Origin: Octopus sinensis
Lineage: Eukaryota
Assembly: GCF_006345805.1 (NCBI RefSeq)
Contig: NC_042999.1
Location: forward strand, 8,308,001 to 8,372,000
Direction: 5' to 3'
DNA: 64,000 nucleotides
The notes under the pieces: generated by a model
What the model saw: only the letters and a program-made list of their open reading frames with translations
Told to the model about the DNA's origin: nothing
Databases searched by the model: none
Translations under genes and position numbers: made by a program
Part shown: positions 11,273-22,954 of the stretch, piece by piece
Numbering within the stretch: position 1 is the stretch's first letter
How the letters are laid out: the number at the start of each line of letters is the position of its first letter

Positions 11273-11504
11273 CAGTTAGCAGCTCTGGCAACGATCAGTT
11301 TCCGTCTAACAAATTTTACTTAAAGAGCCTTAGTTGACCTGTGTCCTAGGGTAAAAGACGCTTACTCAAAGGGAAGTGCTATGGGATCGAATTTGATGAT
11401 TTGTAGTCACAAAACGAACTTAAACACGCAGCTACACCCGACATCAGGTCTATATTAAGACCCAGTGAAATCCTAAGCACTTAAAAGACTTTGGTGTCCC
11501 CACT

Positions 11505-11783
11505 ATCATCATCATCATCATCACCATCATCATCGTTTAACGTCCGCGTTCCATGCTAGCATGGGTTGGACGAATGACTGAGGGCTGGCAAACCAGATGG
11601 CTTCAATCTTGATCTGGCAGAGTTTCTACAGCTGGATACCCTTCCTAACGCCAACCACTCCGAGAGTGTTGTGGGTGCTTTTTACGTGCCACCAGCATGG
11701 GGGCCAGTCAGGCGGTACTGGCAACGACCTTGCTCAAATCTTTTTACATGTGCCACCGGCACATGTGCCAGTAAGGTGACGTT
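11505..11783 (-). mobile_element. Family C repeat
   Basis: Same diagnostic tail and body as 10952-11272. Confidence 0.8.
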
Positions 11784-12966
11784 GGAAGCAATAATTAACC
11801 ATGAAACAAAACTAACTGTAACATGGAAAATAACGTTTAATTTTGTATGACACTTCCACTTTATATTTAAAATTAATTTTCTCTGACCATTTTTGGATTC
11901 CAGACTCTTTGATCAGATTGTTACTATGACATTATGAACACCTTGAAATTATACTTTCGATCATATGAATCACTTCGATTATTATTTTAGCAGGTATAAA
12001 GTGATTTCTCTTGTACTGTAAACTATTTACTATTTCTGTGGTGCACTCTCCTTCCCTCGTGCTTATTTTGCTTAATGGTTAATCCAGTGCTTCCTGACCT
12101 CAAATATAAATACTAATATCACACACATATTTCAGAAAGTGAGTGAAATATTTTTCCAATCTTAACGTAAACCATCTCCACCTTCCTTTCTATAGGAAGG
12201 AATTTCAACCGTGTTTTGTGGAATGCTACCACAACAGCACAGCTCCTTTATAGGATCCAGTTAGCTCAAGACATCATCAGGAGGAACCACGTCCGGTTTC
12301 GGCCCCTACTCCTCTACCGTTTTGACATGTCGCCCCCCCCCTTTCAGAGATGTCTTCAGCTCTGGTGTTGGGTGATTGTCTTCTTCTTTCTTCTGTTCCC
12401 TGGCCTCTTCGATGTAGCGTCAATGAGTGTCAGCGGGCGACTGACAGTTTTGTCAATTTTTTTCCCTTTAAATACCTGCTGCTAGGCTCCAGCAGGTAGC
12501 CTGAGCAAGTTGTCACATGACACTGAGTCAACTTTAACTGACCAATGAAGGCACGTAGTCTTAGCCCACGCATTCTCTAAATGAGACCGTCACCTGTCAA
12601 TCAGCGAAGCTAATTCAGTGTCAGCTTGTCTCATCTAGTGATATTATTTCCCGCCAGCATGTCATGACTTTCAAGCCATTTTTGGTCCTATTCTGTTTTT
12701 GTTTTCTTCTCCTCACTCTGTCACAAAACATTAATATGTGTCATGGAGGTTTTGAAGATGGTTGCCACGATAGACAAAGAATGAAAGATACAAGATAATG
12801 GCAGTCGACTTGGGTTCAATCGAGTTGGGTTCAGATTGCACATCATCTGTAAACAATTAACAGAATTTTATTTCCCTGCACAAATTATTTTCGTGTTGGT
12901 CATAAATTAGAAATTGCAAATAATGAAGTTTACACCCTGGAAAGAATATTATGTGGCTCTTACAAA

Positions 12967-13367
12967 GCAGTGAGCTGGCAGAAACGTTAGCACGCTGGTT
13001 AAAATGCGTAGCCGTATTTCGTCTGCCATTACGTTGTGAGTTCAAATTCTGCCGAGGTCGACTTTGCCTTTCATCCTTTCGGGGTCGATAAATTAAGTAC
13101 CAGTGACGCACTGGGGTCGATGTAATCGACTTAATCCATTTGTCTGTCCTTGTTTGTCCTCTCTGTGTTTAGCCTCTTGTGGGCAATAAAGAAATAAGTA
13201 TTTCATCTGCCATTATGTTCTGAGTTCAAATTCCACCCCGCCGAGGTTGACTTTGCCTTTCATCTTTTCAAGGTCGATAAATTAAGTACCAGTTGCATAC
13301 TGGGGATCTATCTAATCAACTGGCCCCCTTCCACCAAATTTCAGGCCTTGTGCCTATAATAGAAATG
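12967..13367 (+). mobile_element. Family B SINE dimer (second unit has an alternative tail), inserted into a family G repeat
   Basis: Junction gaaataa|gtatttc at 13197/13198; decayed 19-bp TSD attatgtggctcttacaaa (12948-12966) / attatgtaattcttacaaa (13368-13386). Confidence 0.8.
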
Positions 13368-13697
13368 ATTATGTAATTCTTACAAATAGTTGATTATAAA
13401 GGCTTTGTAAGTAAGCTGCCGGGACAGGAGAAAATATACACGATGGATTTATATCGGCCAACTGCTGGGGTAGATCAAAGATGAGTAAGATCTGCAATAA
13501 TGTCTATTAAAAACTGCATGAAGGCAAGTCGACAGATGAACTGCAGACCTTCACAAGCTAAAGATTGGTGCTCAAGACATGCATATTTAAAGACCTTGAT
13601 AGGAGAATATTCTGGAAGTTCCTAGAATGATCTATCATGTAATGTTTGACTGCTGATTGGTCATTAACTCAGCCAATCACATGAACAAGCTTTTACC

Positions 13698-14019
13698 TGC
13701 TACTTATTTAATCGAGCCCAAAAGGATGAAAGGCAAAGTTGACCTCGGCGGAATTTGAACTCAAAACGTAACCGCAGACGAAATACCTATTTCTTTATTA
13801 CCCACAAGGGCTAAACACAGAGGGGACAAACAAGGACAGACATAGGTATTAAGTCGATTACATCGACCCCAGTGCGTAACTGGTACTTATTTAATCGGCC
13901 CCGAAAGGATGAAAGGCAAAGTCGACCTTGGCGGAATTTGAACTCACAACGTAATGGCAGACGAAATACCACTAAGCATTTTGCCTGGTGTGCTAACGTT
14001 TCTGCCAGCTCACTACCTT
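13698..14019 (-). mobile_element. Family B SINE dimer (distal unit truncated)
   Basis: Junction gacgaaatac|ctatttc at 13786/13787. Confidence 0.82.
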
Positions 14020-14294
14020 CAAAGCTGCATGTATTACATTCTGTATATGAATTATGAAGTATGTGCATGGGTATGTTTAACGAATGCACAGTATTTGTGA
14101 ACAATTAACAGAATTTTATTCACCACACAAAATATTTTGCATGTCGATCATGAATTACAAATGTGACAACAAAGTTTACTCTCCGAGAGGACAATTCTGT
14201 AGCTCTGTAAATAATTGCCAAGGTAGAAGAAAATATACCATGCTTGATTCATGACTGCAAAACTGTGGTTTCTTTATATAGGCTTGCAATGAAG

Positions 14295-14520
14295 GCAGTA
14301 AGATGGCAGAATCATTAATGTGCTGGACAAAATGCTTAGCACCATTTTGTCTGTCTTTGTGTTCCAAGTTCAAATTCCACCTGGGTTGGCTTTGTCTCTC
14401 ATCCTATTGGTGTCAATAAAATAAGGACCAGTTAAATTGTGAGGTTGATTTAATTGACTTAGCCCCATTCCCACCCCCACCCCAGATAAATCTGCTGGTC
14501 TTGTACCAAAACTTTGGGGC
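14295..14520 (+). mobile_element. Family B SINE variant (degenerate)
   Basis: aaggcagtaagatggcagaatc...gttcaaattccacc... Confidence 0.6.
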
Positions 14521-15341
14521 CAGTATGTGCCAATATTGAACATTAGCTGTTTTCTGTTTTTTTTTTTATTTTATTGTTATAGCCTATCCCAGTGAATATT
14601 TGCTAATAATATCATACAAATTGAAAAAAAAATTAATAATTATTAGTTTGCAAAATTAATGTGGCTTATCTGGAAAATAGCTCTGAAATCTCAAAGACAA
14701 ATTAATTTCAAATTGATTCTGTTTTTACATTTATGCTTTCATTATTAAGAAAAATGAAAAATATAAAAAACAACAACTCACTAAAAGAATATTTAAAAGA
14801 AAAGTAAGATTTTTTTAAATATTAAATTTTCAAAGTTTTATAATATGAAGCTCTAAACCCCTGAACTTTTTATAAAGCAAAAATATTTTAATGTTATATT
14901 AGAAAAGCCATTTTCTTTTCATTTCTTTACATTTGTATCTTTTGTAAGATAAGATAAAAACTAGATTTGATAAAAGTTGATAGACTGAGTAAAATTTACT
15001 TCATAATATTTGATTAGACATTAGTTTTTCTTTCTGTCATTTTAGTTTTCAATTTAATCGTTCATGTTTTGCTTAACCTTTTATCTATATTGGGTGTTAA
15101 TATATTATATCCGAGTTAAGGGTGAAAGGTCAAAAGCATGATGATACAGAATGGGCCAGTGAGCTGGTTACATCCATATTATCTAATTGTTCCTACTGCA
15201 CCACTAAGAGCTCTCGAACGGCAGAGGGAATGGTTTATCAGACAATAATCTAAGAGATCATTAGTTCATGTCCTGCCATTAATCTGTGTCCTGGCTGTGT
15301 CTGGCCAATACATGTAACACTCAACAGCTAAGTTCACTGCT

Positions 15342-15520
15342 TCATCATCATTTAACGTCCATTTCTGGCTTGGGTTGATTGATTTGACAGGAGATGTTAA
15401 GGGCAGGAGCCACACCAAATCCCATTGTCTATTTTGGCCTGTTTTTGGCAACTGGATGCCCTTCTTAATGCCCACCACTTTACAAAGTGTACTGGGTGCT
15501 TTCTACGTGGCACCAGCACA
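15342..15520 (-). mobile_element. Family C fragment
   Basis: catcatcatttaacgtcc...ggatgcccttcttaatgcc. Confidence 0.65.
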
Positions 15521-15619
15521 GTTACTCAGTTTGAGTAACAGATACTACAAGATAATATGTATCTCAATAACTCAGGCTCTGTGAAAAGGATGAGTGATTC
15601 CCTGGATGGCAGATCTGTG

Positions 15620-15991
15620 CTAAATTTCTTTATTGAGAAACTTTCTTATAATGCCTCATTTTTGGATTTGGTTTCCAAGATTCTTTATGTGAGTTCGTGT
15701 GTTGAAGCATATTTTGTTGTGTCTGGGGAGAGTCATTTTCTTTTGCTGCCTTATAATTTAACATTGGTAACATTTCCACTTACTTCTTTCTTTATTTTTC
15801 TAAAATTTTCATTGCGTCTTGAAACCTTTTCAATAGTTTTTGACCATTATTGTTGAGTCAACAACTATTGGAAAGGTTGCAAGACACCAACGAAAATTTT
15901 AGAAAACTAAATAAGTAAATGAATGGTAACTTTACTGGTGAGTGTGTTAAATTATAAGGCACCAAAAGACAATGACTCTCCCCAGACACAA
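15620..15991. repeat. Interspersed repeat with foldback (arms 15717-15844 and 15857-15991); related to 49165-49350
   Basis: Right arm is the diverged reverse complement of the left arm around a 12-bp spacer. Confidence 0.75.
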
Positions 15992-16185
15992 GAAAATTTC
16001 TTATAATGGTCGAATACTTGGTGCAGAGAAATATTTATACTGCACTGGCTTGATGCCATATAAGCTAGAGATTAGGATTAACTCAGTCTAGCACAGAAAG
16101 CCACAAAGAAAAGGCGAAACTGACTTACAACAACATAATCAAATAAATCTGCTCACATAATTTAATTGATATCAATAAACTCATT

Positions 16186-16405
16186 AAGGCAGCAAACTGG
16201 CAGAAACATTAGCATGCCAGGCAAAATGCTTAGCGGTATTTCGTCTGTCTTTATACATTCTGAGTTCAAATTCCAATGAAGTCGACTTTGCCTTTCATCC
16301 TTCCAGGGTCGATAAATTAAGTACCAGTTGTGTACTGGGGTCAATCTAATCGACTGACTCCCCTCCCTGAAAATTTCGGGCCTTGTGCCTAGAGTAGAAA
16401 AGAAT
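16186..16405 (+). mobile_element. Family B SINE variant
   Basis: aaggcagcaaactggcagaaac...ggccttgtgcctagagtagaaaagaat. Confidence 0.75.
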
Positions 16406-16599
16406 GTCATTAACTGATTAAGAAGTAGATCATGGGTTATCTCCTCCTTGTCTTTGTGTCATTTTGACCTGTGGTCATTGAATGTTTATAAAGAGAGATT
16501 TGATTGTTAAGTAGAGTACATCGAGTAACAACAGAGAAACCTCCTTTCATGGATTCTGATGTTTTGGTTTGTATTTCTCTTTTATCTTTTATTTGTTTC

Positions 16600-17135
16600 A
16601 GGCGTTAGACTGTGGCCATGTTGAGCACTGCCTAGAAGACATCTTAGTCAACTGGATTGACCCCAGCACCTTTTGTTTTAAGCCTTGTTCTTGTTCAGTC
16701 AGTCACTATTGCTGAACTACTAAGTTACAGACACAGACAAACCAACACTTCTTGTCAAGCTATGGTGGGAGTCAAACACACACACACACAAAAGATATAC
16801 ATCATCATCATCATCATCATCATCGTTTAACGTCTGTTTTCCATGCTAGCATGGGTTGGACGGTTCAACTGGGGTCTGGGAAGCCAGGAGGCTGCACCAG
16901 GCCCCAGTCTGATCTGGCAGAGTTTCTAGGGCTGGATGCCCTTCCTGACGCCAACTACTCCGTGTGTGTAGTGGGTGCTTTTTACGTGCTTCTTTCAGTT
17001 TCCATCCAAGAAATCCTCTCACAAGGCTTTGGTCATCCTGAGGCCATAGTAGAACACACTTGTCCAAGGTACCACATGGTGGGACTGAACCTAGAACCAT
17101 GTGGTTGGAAAGCAAAACTTTTTTCCACCACAGCT
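16600..17135 (-). mobile_element. Degenerate family A SINE with a nested family C copy (about 16800-16990)
   Basis: A tail at about 16600-16790, C tail and body, then A head at about 16990-17135. Confidence 0.65.
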
Positions 17136-17853
17136 ACATCTATACAATACTTAATCCTGTGTTGTTTACATTGTAAAAATTTTAGAAACTTTGTGAGATA
17201 TGAAATTTCCAGTGGAACTCCAAGTAAATAAAATTATATATGTAGAATACTTGGCTAAAAAAACTCAGGATGGGCAAAAAATTGAAGGCTGCTCATGAGG
17301 TTTGAACCCACATCTTCTGTGAACAGAAGTCTTTGACTCTTTTTGACCCATGGCTTTTCTTTAACCCCGTATTCTAAATGCTGTTATTTATAGCTTTATC
17401 TACTTCAAGTCCCACTGTTACAAAATTAGTTCTATTTTTTTTTGTTTGTGTGGTTTTCTATATTTTTTTTTTGTTTGTGTGGTTTTTCTATATTTTTTGT
17501 TTGTTTGTGTGGCTGTGAAGAGAAAGTAACAGTTTTTTTTTGTTTTTTTTTTGGTTTTTGTTTCTTCTGAAGCTCTCCAACAGCAGACTTGTATTTAATT
17601 CTGGAAACAATTATCTCTCCAATTCTTAATATCTTAAAAGCTGCAGTTCCTGAAAGTTCATTTAAATTATATTTATGTGATTTCGAAGAAATAAACATCT
17701 CTCCTGCATGGCACATTGGCAGCTTGAGCAATTCTCAAGATATTCTTCCACATATTTATGGTGTGATCTTTCATTAGCGATAATAAAATAAAAATAGCAA
17801 TTAACATTGTTTATAAGTATACGTCATATATTCTTAGCCTAAGATGGCAAAGA

Positions 17854-19950
17854 GGTGTCTTTGAGTGTCTTTGACTGTCTTTGAGTGTCTTTGAGTGTCT
17901 TTGGGTGTCTTTGAGTGTCTTTGAGTGTCTTTGGGTGTCTTTGAGTGTCTTTGAGTGTCTTTGAGTGTCTTTGGTGTCTTTGAGTGTCTTTGGAGTGTCT
18001 TTGAGTGTTTGGGTGTCTTTGAGTGCTTTGAGTGTCTTTGAGTGTTTGAGTGTCTTTGAGTGTCTTTGGGTGTCTTTGAGTGTCTTTGAGTGTCTTTGAG
18101 TGTCTTTGGTGTCTTTGAGTGTCTTTGAGTGTCTTTGAGTGTCTTTGGGTGTCTTTGAGTGTCTTTGAGTGTCTTTGAGTGTCTTTGAGTGTCTTTGGGT
18201 GTCTTTCAGTGTCTTTCAGTGTCTTTGAGTGTCTTTGAGTGTCTTTGGGTGTCTTTGAGTGTCTTTGAGTGTCTTTGAGTGTCTTTGAGTGTCTTTGGGT
18301 GTCTTTGAGTGGCTTTGAGTGTCTTTGAGTGTCTTCGAGTGTCTTTGAGTGTCTTTGAGTGTCTTTGGTGTCTTTGAGTGTCTTTGAGTGTCTTTGAGTG
18401 TCTTTGGGTGTCTTTGAGTGTCTTTGAGTGTCTTTGGGTGTCTTTGGGTGTCTTTGAGTGTCTTTGAGTGTCTTTGAGTGTCTTTGAGTGTCTTTGGGTG
18501 TCTTTGGGTGTCGTTGAGTGTCTTTGAGTGTCTTTGGGTGTCTTTGAGTGTCTTTGAGTGTCTTTGGGTGTCTTTGGGTGTCTTTGAGTGTCTTTGAGTG
18601 TCTTTGAGTGTCTTTGGGTGTCTTTGAGTGTCTTTGAGTGTCTTTGAGTGTCTTTGAGTGTCTTTGGGTGTCTTTGAGTGTCTTTGAGTGTCTTTGAGTG
18701 TCTTTGAGTGTCTTTGGGTGTCTTTGAGTGTCTTTGAGTGTCTTTGAGTGTCTTTGGGTGTCTTTGAGTGTCTTTTAGTGTCTTTGAGTGTCTTTGGGTG
18801 TCTTTGAGTGTCTTTGAGTGTCTTTGAGTGTCTTTGGGTGTCTTTGAGTGTCTTTGATGTCTTTGAGTGTCTTTGAGTGTCTTTGGGTGTCTTTGAGTGT
18901 CTTTGAGTGTTTGAGTGTCTTTGAGTGTCTTTGATGTCTTTGGGTGTCTTTGAGTGTCTTTGAGTGTCTTTGAGTGTCTTTGGGTGTCTTTGAGTGTCTT
19001 TGAGTCTCTTTGAGTGTCTTTGGGTGTCTTTGAGTGTCTTTGAGTGGCTTTGGGTGTCTTTGAGTGTCTTTGAGTGTCTTTGAGTGTCTTTGGGTGTCTT
19101 TGAGCGTCTTTGAATGTCTTTGAGTGTCTTTGGGTGTCTTTGAGTGTCTTTGAGTGTCTTTGAGTGTCTTTGGGTGTCTTTGAGTGTCTTTGAGTGTCTT
19201 TGGGTGTCTTTGAGTGTCTTTGAGTGTCTTTGAGTGTCTTTGGGTGTCTTTGAGTGTCTTTGAGTGTCTTTGAGTGTCTGTGAGTGTCTTTGAGTGTCTT
19301 TGGGTGTCTTTGAGTGTCTTTGAGTGTCTTTGAGTGTCTTTGGTGTCTTTGAGGTCTTTGAGTGTCTTTGAGTGTCTTTGGTGTCTTTGAGTGTCTTTGA
19401 GTGTCTTTGAGTGTCTTTGAATGTCTTTGAGTGTCTTTGGGTGTCTTTGAGTGTCTTTGAGTGTCTTTGGTGTCTTTGAGTGTCTTTGAGTGTTTGGGTG
19501 TTTGAGTGTCTTTGAGTGTCTTTGGGTGTTTGAGTGTCTTGAGTGTCTTTGAGTGTCTTGGGTGTCTTTGAGTGTCTTTGAGTGTCTTTGAGTGTCTTTG
19601 AAGGTCTTTGAGTGTCTTTGGGTGTCTTTGAGTGTCTTTGAGTGTCTTTGAGTGTCTTTGAGTGTCTTTGGGTGTCTTTGAGTGTCTTTGAGTGTCTTTG
19701 AGTGTCTTTGGGTGTCTTTGAGTGTCTTTGAGTGTCTTTGGGTGTCTTTGAGTGTCTTTGTGTGTCTTTGAGTATCTTTGGGTGTCTTTGAGTGTCTTTG
19801 AGTGTCTTTGAGTGTCTTTGAGTGTCTTTGGGTGTCTTTGGGTGTCGTTGAGTGTCTTTGAGTGTCTTTGGGTGTCTTTGAGTATCTTTGAGTGTCTTTG
19901 GGTGTCTTTGGGTGTCTTTGAGTGTCTTTGAGTGTCTTTGAGTGTCTTTG
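17854..19950. repeat. 10-bp satellite (GAGTGTCTTT / GGGTGTCTTT)n, about 2.1 kb
   Basis: Direct reading; about 210 units with scattered 9-bp and variant units. Confidence 0.97.
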
Positions 19951-20080
19951 GATATTTTCGTTTTTCTTCTTTTTTTTTTGCATTCAGTGTTCAAATATTG
20001 TTATGTAAACGACAATAAATTAAATTCTGAATTATACGTTGATCCAGTTTTTAACAATTAGTCTACAAGGTAGACTATAG

Positions 20081-20250
20081 GCATATGAGTGGCTGTGTGG
20101 TAATTAGCTTGTTTAACAACCACATGGTTCCGGGTTCAGTCCCACTGCGTGGAACCTTGGGCAAGTGTCTTCTACTATAGTCTCGGGCCGACCAAAGCCT
20201 TGTTAGTGGATTTGGTAGACGGAAACTGAAAGAAGCCCATTGTATATATG

Positions 20251-20306
<56 letters not shown>

Positions 20307-20340
20307 CTGTGTGTCTGTCTGTCTGTGTGTGTGTGTGTGT

Positions 20341-20382
<42 letters not shown>

Positions 20383-20850
20383 TGTGTCTGTGTTTGTCCC
20401 TCCAACATCGCTTGCCAACCGATGCTGGTGTGTTTACATCGCCGTAGCTTAGCGGTTCAGCAAAAGTGACTGATAAAATAAATACTAGGCTTACAAAGAA
20501 TTAGTCCTGGGGTCGATTTGCTTGACTAAAAGCAGTGCTCCAGCATGGCCACAGTCAAATGACTGAAACAAGTAAAAGAGTAAAAGAGTAAGAGAGTAAA
20601 GGTGTGGGTAAGTGGGTAAGAAGCTCACTTCTCAACCAAGTGGTTTGAGGTTCAGTCCCACTGTGCAGCACATTAGGCAAAAGTCTAGGTGCAGGAGTGG
20701 CTGTATGGTAAGAAGCTTGCTTCCCAACCATGGTCCTGGGTTCAGTCCCACTGCATGGCAACTTGGGCAAGTGCCTTCTACTATAACTTCAGGCTGACCA
20801 AAGCCTTGTGAATGGATTGGGCCGACAGAAACTGAAAGAAGCTTGTCGTA
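20081..20850 (+). mobile_element. Family A SINE (20081-20590) followed by two further A heads
   Basis: Full copy, then head fragments at about 20605-20680 and 20688-20850. Confidence 0.75.
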
Positions 20851-20852
20851 TG

Positions 20853-20912
<60 letters not shown>

Positions 20913-20953
20913 TTGTGTGTAGAGTGTTAGGTGTGATGTAAAGAATTGAATAA

Positions 20954-21149
20954 TTGAGAAAAAAAGTCGTCGGAATTTTGGAAAAAAATCCTTTTATTTC
21001 CTTATTATTATTGGCGCTTTTGTTCCTCTCTAGAACTTGTCAAATACAATTTTTGTATTTGACAACTTCTAGAGAGGAACAAAAGCACTAATAATAATGA
21101 AGAAATAAAAGGATGTTTTTCCAAAATTCTGACAACTTCCTTTTCTCAA
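20954..21149. repeat. 196-bp imperfect palindrome (foldback) with a 3-nt centre
   Basis: ttgagaaaa...ttgtcaaatacaa TTT ttgtatttgacaa...ttttctcaa; arms about 96 bp. Confidence 0.88.
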
Positions 21150-21150
21150 A

Positions 21151-21197
<47 letters not shown>

Positions 21198-21202
<5 letters not shown>

Positions 21203-21396
21203 CACGTAAAAAGCACCCACTACACTCACGGAGTGGTTGGCGTTAGGAAGGGCATCAAGCTGTAGAAACACTGCCAGATCAGACTGGAGCCTGGTACAGC
21301 CTTCTGGCTTCCCAGACCCCAGTCGAACTGTCCAACCCGTGCTAGTGCGGAAAACGGACGTTAAACGATGATGATGATGATGATGATGATGATGAT
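21198..21396 (+). mobile_element. Family C repeat
   Basis: gtggcacgtaaaaagcacccactacactcacgg...acgttaaacgatgatgat. Confidence 0.8.
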
Positions 21397-21482
21397 ATGC
21401 ATGTATGTATGTTTGTATATATTTGTGTGTCTGTGTCTCTCCCCCACCATCACTTGACAACATGATGATGTGTTTATGCCCC

Positions 21483-21517
<35 letters not shown>

Positions 21518-21943
21518 CCATCACTATCATCGTCGTCGTTGTCGTCGTCGTTCATGTATTTTTATATAGAATTACAATGGATGAACTTTTAGTCTGATCC
21601 GTCATCATTGATCATCGTTTATCATCCATTTAATGTCTGTGTCTGAAAAACTCAGCAAACTTCCCAAGTCCCAACATAAAGCAAAAACATATTCAAAAGT
21701 GACCTGCCTAAGTTCACCAAAGTAATCCATAAAAACGGAACTGTTGTAAAGTAAACACTGTAGGAATCACGTGATGAGGGTGTTGTTTTTTTCTTTTCAT
21801 GCAAGCAGAGCATTTTATGGCACCAAGGGATTTGGTAAGAGAAGATGGAATTATGAGCATTGCTCAGGAAGAAGCAGAGAAACACCAGGAATTGATTTGA
21901 ACTTATGAACTGGTGAACTCTGGTTGGTTTACTTCTGCAGAAA

Positions 21944-22590
21944 ATGTGTGTGTGTGTGTGTGTGTATGCGTATGCATACGTGTGTGTGAGTGTGTCTGTG
22001 TGTCTGTGTATGTGTGTGTGAATAGGTGTATATATGTGTGTCAATGTGTGAGTATGTTTGTGTAAGTGTATGTGTGTGTGAATGTGTGTATATATGTGTG
22101 TCAGTGTGTATGTATGTGCATGTGAGTGAGTGCATGTGTGTGGGAACGTGTGTGTATCTGTGTGTCATTGTGTGTGTGTGTGTGTGTGAGAGAGAGTATG
22201 TGTCTCAGTGCATGTGTGTGTGTGTGTGTGTAATCGTATGCATACGTGTGTGTGTGTGTCTGTGGATGTGTGTGTGAATATGTGTATATATGTGTGTCAA
22301 TGTGTGAGTATGTTTGTGTAAGTGTATGTGTGTGTGAATGTGTGTATATATGTGTGTCAGTGTGTATGTATGTGCATGTGAGTGAGTGCATGTGTGTGGG
22401 AACATGTGTGTATCTGTGTGTCCTTGTGTGTGTGTGTGTATCTGTGTGTCCTTGTGTGTGTGTGTGTGTGTGGTGTGTGTGTGTGTGAGAGTATGTGTCT
22501 CAGTGCATGTGTGTGTGTGTGTGTGTGTGAGTATATGTGTGTATGAATGTGTGTGGATCTGTGTGTCAGTGTGTGTGTGCATGTGTAGAC
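21944..22590. repeat. TG-rich compound microsatellite with an internal duplication (offset about 260 bp)
   Basis: A block of about 115 bp at 22031-22147 recurs at about 22289-22402. Confidence 0.85.
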
Positions 22591-22954
22591 GCAAGGTGCA
22601 TGAATAAGATCAAAGCACATACCAATTCTTTTTTAGTCCTAAGTCCAACCTGAGTGGACAGACCTTTAGAATATCAAAGAGAATCCAACCATAGCCATCA
22701 TGCCTTTTTCCCAGATCCAGTACACCCTTATTATCTTATACAACCCACATCTTAAAGATGACAGAAAAGATCATTAACTGCTATTTCTGGAAGGTGAAGT
22801 GTCTGTATAGAGACTTCCCCATTCAACGTAAAAGTCAAAATCTTTGAAAACAAAAAACAAGAAAAACCAAATTAAGAGTTTGGTAAACAATTCCAAATGA
22901 AGCTGGAAATAGCTTATTTCAAGAATTTTGATCTGGAATAACAGAATGCTTGGT

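Noticed and set aside
18216-19994. 592-aa and 402-aa ORFs of HSKTLKDTQR repeats
   Set aside because: They are translations of a stop-free 10-bp satellite with frequent frame-shifting 9-bp units; there is no evidence of coding.
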